The notes under the pieces: model-generated
Seen by the model: the letters and a program-made list of their open reading frames with translations, nothing else
Databases searched by the model: none
Told to the model about the DNA's origin: nothing
Position numbers and translations under genes: made by a program
Source: OCS155 cluster bacterium AG-426-D23
Lineage (GTDB): Bacteria; Actinomycetota; Acidimicrobiia; Actinomarinales; Actinomarinaceae
Length of the DNA: 64,000 bases
Reading direction: 5' to 3'
NCBI GenBank assembly: GCA_003213165.1
Contig: QCNO01000003.1
Coordinates: forward strand, 21,009 to 85,008
Part shown: positions 22,593-29,503 of the stretch, piece by piece
Position numbering within the stretch: position 1 is the first letter of the stretch
Layout of the letters: every line of letters starts with the position of its first letter

Positions 22593-22754
22593 CTATCTTT
22601 TTTCTCGGTGTAAAGTATGTTTTCTCAATCTTGGACTATATTTCATCATTTCCAGTCTATCTGGAGTATTTGTTTTATTTTTTGTAGTCACATAATTGTG
22701 ATCACCAGTTTCAGTACAAACCAAAGTTATTGGTGGTCTCTTGTCTGAAGCCAT
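22593..22754 (-). CDS. rpmG: 50S ribosomal protein L33 (C- form; below the ORF-track size cut-off)
   Basis: Hand translation gives [53 protein letters not shown] (53 aa). It matches the L33 consensus (...ITL.C....NY.T.KN....PDRLE..KY.P....HT.HRE.R) and sits in the classical tRNA-Met/rpmG position. Confidence 0.9.
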   Translation of the reverse strand: MASDKRPPITLVCTETGDHNYVTTKNKTNTPDRLEMMKYSPRLRKHTLHREKR

Positions 22755-22776
22755 TTTTTCTCCTTTTATTAACTTG

Positions 22777-22850
22777 TAGCGGCGGGCAGACTTGAACTGC
22801 CGACCTCACGATTATGAGTCGTGCGCTCTTACCAACTGAGCTACGCCGCC
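22777..22850 (-). tRNA. tRNA-Met (CAT anticodon; elongator-type, tRNA-Ile2 not excluded)
   Basis: Cloverleaf: acceptor GGCGGCG/CGCCGCT, anticodon stem CACGA/TCGTG with loop CT-CAT-AA, T arm GGCAG-TTCAAGT-CTGCC. No initiator features (no 1:72 mismatch, no GGG/CCC in the anticodon stem). Confidence 0.88.
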
Positions 22851-22872
22851 ATAAGACTTATTTTAGTCTATG

Positions 22873-22945
22873 AGCCCTCTTCCGGGATTGAACCGGAGAC
22901 CTCTTCCTTACCATGGAAGTGCTCTACCTACTGAGCTAAGAGGGC
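22873..22945 (-). tRNA. tRNA-Thr (GGT anticodon)
   Basis: Cloverleaf: acceptor GCCCTCT/AGAGGGC, anticodon stem CTTCC/GGAAG with loop AT-GGT-AA, T arm TCCGG-TTCAATC-CCGGA. Confidence 0.92.
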
Positions 22946-22949
22946 AAAG

Positions 22950-23031
22950 TGCCGAGAGTAGGATTCGAACCTACGAAGGCGTAGCCGGCAGATTTACAGT
23001 CTGCTCCCTTTGGCCGCTCGGGCATCTCGGC
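22950..23031 (-). tRNA. tRNA-Tyr (GTA anticodon, long variable arm)
   Basis: Cloverleaf: acceptor GCCGAGA/TCTCGGC, anticodon stem GCAGA/TCTGC with loop CT-GTA-AA, 13-nt variable arm, T arm GTAGG-TTCGAAT-CCTAC. 82 nt. Confidence 0.92.
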
Positions 23032-23110
23032 ATAACAATAAAGTCTCTTTTGAGTTTAGATTATAAATAAAAATTAGTGAGATGAATTTTTAATTGATTA
23101 GGATTATTTT

Positions 23111-24088
23111 ATGGACAAAAAAATTCAAAACCTATTGAATAAATGGCTTGAAAATAATCTTATTTCTGAATCAACCTACAAAAATATAGTTAATTTTGAA
23201 AACAATTCAAATCCCTCTCAAAAGTCAAAAGTTGCAAAAACAATAACTTTGATTGGAAGTCTATTTTTACTCTCAGGACTGCTTGGAACACTTCCTTTAA
23301 TTTGGGATAATCTAGCTTATTGGGCTCAGTTGCTACTTCTGATTGTTACAACAATGTTTTTAATTTATGCTGCGAATTACAGTGAAAAATTTGAAGATAG
23401 AAATATATTTATTTTTAAATCATCTGAGAGGGTATCTTCAATTCTTTATTTAATATCCACAATCTCATTTGGATCAGTTATTGCATTCACTCTAAATATC
23501 CTAAATACAACTAATAATGTAAGTTTTTCTGAAGAGATTTCGATACTTCTGGTTTCTTTATTTGTTTTCATTTATTCATTTATTTTGTATGTAAGAACTC
23601 GTCTCATCTTTCAACATATTGCACTTTTTTATACATCTATTTTTTTTCTTGGATCGCTTGGTAATTTAATTTTTCCAAATATTGAGCCTTGGGCAGGCGG
23701 ATTATTTTTAATTGCAACTGGATTAATTTGGGGACTATACACTTCAAATGAAGTATTGGGGCCAAGCTGGTTGGGTTATTTGTTATCTACATCAACAATG
23801 TCAATTGGATTTATTGTATTAATTGATGATTTATTACAAAATAATGATTTACTTCAAATAATTTTGCTAATCTTTGGCTCTGTAGTTTTTGTCTGGGCAA
23901 GCATTCAATTATCAGAGCGAGTTATATTTTATATTGGTGGATTGGGCTTAATAATCAATCTTCCACGATTAATTACCGAGTTACTACCAGACAATATATG
24001 GCCCCCTTTAATTCTATTCTTAGTAGGTGGTGTACTTGTAGCCGTAGGATTATATCTAAATTCTGTTAGAGAAAATCTAAAAAAATAA
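23111..24088 (+). CDS. Polytopic membrane protein (DUF2157-like architecture)
   Basis: 325-aa ORF with a soluble N-terminal helix (LLNKWLENNLISESTYKNI) followed by ~8 hydrophobic helices. Family assignment rests on architecture only. Confidence 0.6.
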   Translation: MDKKIQNLLNKWLENNLISESTYKNIVNFENNSNPSQKSKVAKTITLIGSLFLLSGLLGTLPLIWDNLAYWAQLLLLIVTTMFLIYAANYSEKFEDRNIFIFKSSERVSSILYLISTISFGSVIAFTLNILNTTNNVSFSEEISILLVSLFVFIYSFILYVRTRLIFQHIALFYTSIFFLGSLGNLIFPNIEPWAGGLFLIATGLIWGLYTSNEVLGPSWLGYLLSTSTMSIGFIVLIDDLLQNNDLLQIILLIFGSVVFVWASIQLSERVIFYIGGLGLIINLPRLITELLPDNIWPPLILFLVGGVLVAVGLYLNSVRENLKK

Positions 24089-24846
24089 TGTCAAGCAGGC
24101 TTTTGCTGTTGATGTCTTTAAGTATATTTGTAGCCACTTTAGTTGTAGTAGCTTTATTTGGGGTTGTTCCACTTCCTGAATATGAAGATTTAACATCAGA
24201 CAATAAAATGAGTGGAAAATTAATCTATCATTTAGAAATACAATCAGAAAATATAATTCCCCCAGCACCTGATATATTGGATTCCTGTATTTTTTATATT
24301 GATTTATCCAATAAGTCATTAATAGAAAATCCTATTGTTTGTAGTAGCGACCTTTATGAATTGTCATATGATATCTACTTTTATGATGCTCAAATTTATG
24401 AAGAACAGTATATCATCCTCTATTACTGGGATTATGAATCAAGTAATGATAGGAAAGCTTTAATGGTTGACATAACTAGTGGAAAAATTGTAGAGCATGT
24501 TGATGGAAACGTATATTCAAATGAAAATGACAATATGAACATATACGGAGAAAAATTAATCGACCCTTGGGAATCATCAGATTATAACTCAAGGTCTATA
24601 GGCATTTATTATGTAACTAGAACAGAAACTTTGGAGGTATTTAACTCAAGAGCTCCGTCAAATTATTATTTTGAATCTTTACATTGGTCACCAGATGGAA
24701 ATTATATAATTGCTGGAGATTCTGAAAATAATCTAATTATATTTTCAAAAAATAAAGCATTTACACCCCTTAAATTTCATTTAAAAACTGACATGTTAGA
24801 TGGTGAAAATATAGAGTTAATAAATGTATTGGGTTGGACTAGATAG
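24088..24846 (+). CDS. N-terminally anchored extracytoplasmic protein with PD40/beta-propeller-like repeat
   Basis: 252-aa ORF whose ATG overlaps the upstream TAA (TAATG). One N-terminal TM helix; ...LHWSPDGNYIIAGDSENNLIIFS resembles a PD40/WD40-like blade. Confidence 0.55.
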   Translation: MSSRLLLLMSLSIFVATLVVVALFGVVPLPEYEDLTSDNKMSGKLIYHLEIQSENIIPPAPDILDSCIFYIDLSNKSLIENPIVCSSDLYELSYDIYFYDAQIYEEQYIILYYWDYESSNDRKALMVDITSGKIVEHVDGNVYSNENDNMNIYGEKLIDPWESSDYNSRSIGIYYVTRTETLEVFNSRAPSNYYFESLHWSPDGNYIIAGDSENNLIIFSKNKAFTPLKFHLKTDMLDGENIELINVLGWTR

Positions 24847-25798
24847 TAAATGGTTTTTTAGGCCTTACGCCTATCTCACTTATAGCATAAGCTGCACTTT
24901 TGTTAGCTATCTCAGCTGATGATTCTATAGATAAGCCTGTTTGTAAACCATAGAGATACCCACCGGCAAAAAAATCACCTGCTCCTGTTTTATCAACAAC
25001 AACTGCTTCCGAAGCATCAAATGAATACTTTTCTCTTCCTTCTAAAATTAAAACTCCATCTGGTCCAAGAGTACAAATTAACTGTCTAACATTTGGAAAT
25101 TTTGCACTAAAAAATTCTATCGATTCCTTTGTGGTATTTTTTTCAGAAAGTGAATTTAATTCATCTTCATTGCAAAATACATAATCAATATCGTCTGCAA
25201 TAAAGCTTGTGAAACTGTCTCGGTGCATCTCAACACAAAATACATCCGAGAGACTTATTGAATTTAGACCTCCAGATTCTTTATTTATCTTGGCAGCATT
25301 TAGGAAAGCTGATTTACTTGAAGGTTTATCCCATAAATATCCCTCCATATACAAAATTTTTGCTTTTTTAATTGCGTCAATATTTAAATCTTCAACTGAG
25401 AGATATTCACCAGCACCAAGATAGGTGTTCATTGTTCTTTCACCGTCAGGAGTAATAAAGATTGCACATAATCCAGTTTGATTATCTTCACTTTCAAAAA
25501 CTGTATAATCGTTGAGACCAGAATCTTTTAAACTTGACTTAAATTGTTTACCTAGATTATCCTTTGAAATTTTTCCAATAAAACCCACTTTTCCACCTAA
25601 TTGTGATATCCAATAAGCTGTATTGGCTGCAGATCCTCCGGCTTCGTAAACTGGATTTTTCATATTTTGAAGAAGAAAATTTGAACGTTCTTTGTCAACT
25701 AAAGTCATTCTTGCTTTATTTAAATTTAATTCATCAATTACAAATTCTTCAATTTGTTCTAAAGAATCAACTAATGCATTTCCAATACAAATAATCAC
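24839..25798 (-). CDS. PfkB-family carbohydrate/adenosine kinase
   Basis: 319-aa ORF with an N-terminal GG motif (YEAGGSAANTA) and the C-terminal DKTGAGDFFAGGYLYG ATP-binding signature. Confidence 0.85.
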   Translation of the reverse strand: MIICIGNALVDSLEQIEEFVIDELNLNKARMTLVDKERSNFLLQNMKNPVYEAGGSAANTAYWISQLGGKVGFIGKISKDNLGKQFKSSLKDSGLNDYTVFESEDNQTGLCAIFITPDGERTMNTYLGAGEYLSVEDLNIDAIKKAKILYMEGYLWDKPSSKSAFLNAAKINKESGGLNSISLSDVFCVEMHRDSFTSFIADDIDYVFCNEDELNSLSEKNTTKESIEFFSAKFPNVRQLICTLGPDGVLILEGREKYSFDASEAVVVDKTGAGDFFAGGYLYGLQTGLSIESSAEIANKSAAYAISEIGVRPKKPFTI

Positions 25799-25807
25799 AA
25801 ATAAAGT

Positions 25808-26158
25808 TTATATGATTTGTCCAGGATTTCCTTCTGAGTCATGAATATTTTCAGTAAAGTTTCTTAATTCTTTCATTCCACCAGACATATTATAAGCTTC
25901 TATATCTTGAGAAATCATATAGTTAGTCACTCTGGCCGACCTTGAACCAGAACGACATACAAATATATACTTTTCATTTTGATGAAAATTATTAATATTC
26001 TCTATTATTTCTCCCATTGGAATATGAATAGCACCTACGTGATGGCCAGATGTCCATTCATCATTTTCTCTGACATCAACAAGTACACATCCTTCTTCTA
26101 TCAAATTTTCAACCTCATTTGGTTGAACCGATGGAATGCTATTAATACCTAATTCCAC
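25808..26158 (-). CDS. Single-domain rhodanese (sulfurtransferase)
   Basis: 116-aa ORF with active-site loop CRSGSRS and the typical VDVRE..E...GH.. upstream motif. Confidence 0.85.
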   Translation of the reverse strand: MELGINSIPSVQPNEVENLIEEGCVLVDVRENDEWTSGHHVGAIHIPMGEIIENINNFHQNEKYIFVCRSGSRSARVTNYMISQDIEAYNMSGGMKELRNFTENIHDSEGNPGQII

Positions 26159-26978
26159 TTTGAGTTTGCCTTAATCTTCTTACTCTTTCAATCGTTGGCG
26201 GATGAGTTGAAAATAATTTACTAAAACTATTTCCAGAAAAAGCTTTTAGTGGATCAGATATAAATAGTTGACTAACTGCAGGGTTTACGTTCATTGGAAC
26301 TTTTGAATATCGTTCAATTTTTTCAAGGGCTGACGCTAAAGCTAATGGGTTGCCTGAGATTTCTGCACCTGTTTTATCAGCACCAAATTCTCTAGTTCTT
26401 GATATTGCCATTCTGATGATTAAAGAAGCTATTGGGGCAGCAATAAATGCCAAAATTATTATTGCAGGATGTGTATTTCTGTTTCTACTTCCACCACCCC
26501 AAAAAGCCATCCTTGACATAAATGAAACTGCAGCTGCCAACATTGCAGCAATACTTGATACTAAAATATCTCTGTTTTTTATATGTGATAATTCATGAGC
26601 CAAAACACCTTCTAGTTCGTCTTTATTCAGAAGGTTCAATATACCTGTGGTTACTGCAACTTTTGCATTTTTTGGATTTCTACCTGTTGCAAATGCATTT
26701 GGTTGATCACTGTTAATAATGTACAGTTCTGGCATTGGCATCTTCTCTTTTTGTGTAAGTTGAGTTATTATTTGTGTTACTTCAGTAAATTGACCTTCTT
26801 TTATTGGCTGCGCACGAGTTGATTTTATAGCTAAGTTTCCTGAGAAAAAATAGATGAATCCATTAAAAATTAAAGCAAAAAAAAGTGCAGAAACTAAATC
26901 AAAACCAAAAGCTGTTGCAGAAAACAATACAACTAAAGTCATAAGAGTTAGAAGAGCTGTAGTCTTTACAAAATTCAT
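26142..26978 (-). CDS. htpX: Membrane zinc metalloprotease HtpX (M48)
   Basis: 278-aa ORF with TM helices flanking HELSHIKNRD (HExxH) and C-terminal ...THPPTIERV... Confidence 0.9.
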   Translation of the reverse strand: MNFVKTTALLTLMTLVVLFSATAFGFDLVSALFFALIFNGFIYFFSGNLAIKSTRAQPIKEGQFTEVTQIITQLTQKEKMPMPELYIINSDQPNAFATGRNPKNAKVAVTTGILNLLNKDELEGVLAHELSHIKNRDILVSSIAAMLAAAVSFMSRMAFWGGGSRNRNTHPAIIILAFIAAPIASLIIRMAISRTREFGADKTGAEISGNPLALASALEKIERYSKVPMNVNPAVSQLFISDPLKAFSGNSFSKLFSTHPPTIERVRRLRQTQSGIRY

Positions 26979-27002
26979 ACTCTAATTATAAAAACTTTAA
27001 AA

Positions 27003-28019
27003 TTATAACTTTTCTGCTATTAAGCAGTAAAAGCCTCCTAAACCATTTGAATCAACAATTGCTTTCAAGCCACTCAATTCAGAATTAATCTTTAATTTTT
27101 CAATTCCTTCGGCAGTTATATACTTATGTTGTAATTTATCAAAAAAAATATTAAAACCATTATCAAGTAAAAAATCTCTTTGTAATTTTAAAGTTACCTT
27201 ATAACCAAGAGTTGTAAGTTGTCTCGATATAGAAGAAAAATTTACGTCGTAAGTAATGTCTATATTTCCAGAACCTTCAATAGGGTCAACGGATAAATGG
27301 TGATTTTTGTATGTTCTTAACAATGAACTATACATTCTCTTATCTCTATTATCCTGTTCATAACCATAGTCAAATAGTAAAATTTTTTTTGGATTGATTT
27401 TTTTAATGACAGAATTTAAAAATTTATCTATATTGACTTGAATCTCAAACTCGTAATCTTCATTTGGAACTATGTTGTTTTTATTTATCCATTCAAGCCC
27501 TTCATTTCTCATCGGTTTTAATTCATATGATAATGAAGTGTCTTCTAGTAAAACTACTTTTTCATACCAACACTCATCTCTATATAGCCCAATAGAACAT
27601 GGGATATTGTCTAATATTTCATTTCCAAAAATTAAATCTGATGTATTGGTATTTAATTCATTAATTGTCGTATAAGTTTTTATTCCTTTTTTTATTAATT
27701 CATCTCTTGCAGTAGAGGACAGTTCAACTGCAGTAATTTCTTTTATACCTATTTGTTCTATTAAGGAACCTGTTCCAGAACCTATTTCTATAATATTTTT
27801 TAAATTACTTTTAGAATTTATCCAATTTCGTATGATTTTTCCAAAATATTTCGAAACTTCTGGAGATGTTAAAAAATCACCTTCTTTATCAGACCTTACT
27901 ATATCAGTATTAAAAAAACCTAGTTGCGAATATAAAGCTTCCTCCATAAAAGTGTCAAAATATATAAATTCAGTATCATATTTGTCTTTTATGTACGAGA
28001 GAAAATTTTTTTTTGGCAA
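27003..28019 (-). CDS. Class I SAM-dependent methyltransferase, DUF185 / MidA / NDUFAF7-like
   Basis: 338-aa ORF with the family hallmark GDFLTSPEVSKYFGKII and SAM-binding loop IIEIGSGTGSL. It starts 3 nt after the nuoN stop. Confidence 0.8.
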   Translation of the reverse strand: MPKKNFLSYIKDKYDTEFIYFDTFMEEALYSQLGFFNTDIVRSDKEGDFLTSPEVSKYFGKIIRNWINSKSNLKNIIEIGSGTGSLIEQIGIKEITAVELSSTARDELIKKGIKTYTTINELNTNTSDLIFGNEILDNIPCSIGLYRDECWYEKVVLLEDTSLSYELKPMRNEGLEWINKNNIVPNEDYEFEIQVNIDKFLNSVIKKINPKKILLFDYGYEQDNRDKRMYSSLLRTYKNHHLSVDPIEGSGNIDITYDVNFSSISRQLTTLGYKVTLKLQRDFLLDNGFNIFFDKLQHKYITAEGIEKLKINSELSGLKAIVDSNGLGGFYCLIAEKL

Positions 28020-28022
28020 ATC

Positions 28023-29426
28023 TTAGTTGCCAAAAAATATCGAGGATACTTCTCCAAGATAACTAAAAATCCCTGGGAAGATTCCGGAAACAAATGTTAT
28101 GAGAACAGTAAATACACCAACCACTTTTAGAGGATTTTCAAATTGAAAAATTTTATCTTCATTTACGGATTTAAGCTCGTCCATCCATATAACTTTTGAT
28201 ATTCTTGCATAATAAACTAAAGCAATAACAGCATTTATTGCACCAACAACTCCTAGAGCGATTCCAATTGAATTTGCAGAGCCCAATAAGCTCCTAAATA
28301 CTACAAACTTTGCGAACCAACCACCTAAAGGAGGAATACCAGCAAGTGAGAAAAAAAAGATTGTTGTTAAAACTCCAGCTAAAGGTGATTTTCTTGCTAC
28401 TCCTCCCCACTCATAGAAATCTGATGATCCGGCATAATTGCTAAAAAGATGTACGGACAAAAATGCTCCTAAATTCATAAATGCGTAAATAATCAGATAA
28501 GTAACACTTGCAAAAATTCCATCTTGATAATCCCCAGTAATTCCAGATATTGCAATTGGAGCTAATATAAAACCAGCTTGTGAAATAGATGAATAAGCTA
28601 AAAGTCTTATAGGGTTATTTTGTTGTAATGCGACCAAATTGCCAAGCGTCATAGTTAAACCTGAAATAATCACAAGAATCACTCCCCAGCTTGAGCCTGA
28701 TCCTGCAAAAACTTTTGTTAGTAAAATAATTAGAGCAACAAAACCAGTTGCTTTTGAACTAACAGATAAATATGCAGTTATAGGAAGGGGTGCTCCCTCG
28801 TAAGTGTCTGGAGCCCATGAGTGAAAAGGAACAATGGATATCTTAAATCCAATACCAGAAATTACTAACATTGCACTGAGTAACACTACTGGAGAGCTAG
28901 CTAGAGATGCACTAAGCAAATACGAAGCGATATTAGAAAAGACCAGCTCACCCGAAAGACCGTATAAAAGTGAAAATCCATACAATATTAGAGAAGCTGA
29001 TAAAACTCCTAGTAGAAAAAACTTAATTGCACCCTCATTTGATTTTCTATCGCCTTTTTTCCAACCAGAAAGTAAAAACATTGGAGTTGAAGCAAGTTCA
29101 ATACCAATAAATATAGTTAACAAATCTCTAGAAGAGCTGACTATCAGTGCACCTAAAAGAGAACTAAGCAATAAGTAGTAATACTCTCCCTGATAATATT
29201 TATCACTTTCAATGAAGTTGATTGAGAGAAGGAAGGTTAAGTAAGTAATTAATATAAAGAGTCCTTTTAAAATAATTGAAAATTTGTCGACAACAAAACT
29301 ATTTTCAAAAGCGTAAATAGGTGAGGTATAGTTTGCCCATTGTATTACTAAAGGAGCCAGAGAAAATAAAGTTCCAAGAAGTGCAAAAGCAGCTACATAG
29401 TATTTTGATTTTCTTGGAAGGATCAA
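28023..29426 (-). CDS. nuoN: NADH-quinone oxidoreductase subunit N (operon 1); true start probably upstream near 29495-29501
   Basis: Antiporter-like polytopic protein last in the nuo order. The tracked TTG start removes a recognisable TM1 that is in frame upstream (ISINYFAISSELIVVFTIVGTLILDL). Confidence 0.9.
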   Translation of the reverse strand: MILPRKSKYYVAAFALLGTLFSLAPLVIQWANYTSPIYAFENSFVVDKFSIILKGLFILITYLTFLLSINFIESDKYYQGEYYYLLLSSLLGALIVSSSRDLLTIFIGIELASTPMFLLSGWKKGDRKSNEGAIKFFLLGVLSASLILYGFSLLYGLSGELVFSNIASYLLSASLASSPVVLLSAMLVISGIGFKISIVPFHSWAPDTYEGAPLPITAYLSVSSKATGFVALIILLTKVFAGSGSSWGVILVIISGLTMTLGNLVALQQNNPIRLLAYSSISQAGFILAPIAISGITGDYQDGIFASVTYLIIYAFMNLGAFLSVHLFSNYAGSSDFYEWGGVARKSPLAGVLTTIFFFSLAGIPPLGGWFAKFVVFRSLLGSANSIGIALGVVGAINAVIALVYYARISKVIWMDELKSVNEDKIFQFENPLKVVGVFTVLITFVSGIFPGIFSYLGEVSSIFFGN

Positions 29427-29503
29427 ATCAAGAATTAGTGTTCCAACTATGGTAAAAACTACAATAAGTTCTGAAGATATTGCAAAATAATTTATAGAAA
29501 TTT

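Noticed and set aside
22870-23070. 66-aa plus-strand ORF
   Set aside because: It lies entirely antisense to tRNA-Thr and tRNA-Tyr, and its translation is an artefact of the GC-rich tRNA sequence.
24077-24319. 80-aa minus-strand ORF; likewise 46102-46332, 46767-46958 and 45806-45988
   Set aside because: Each overlaps a better-supported gene in another frame or strand and has no family resemblance.
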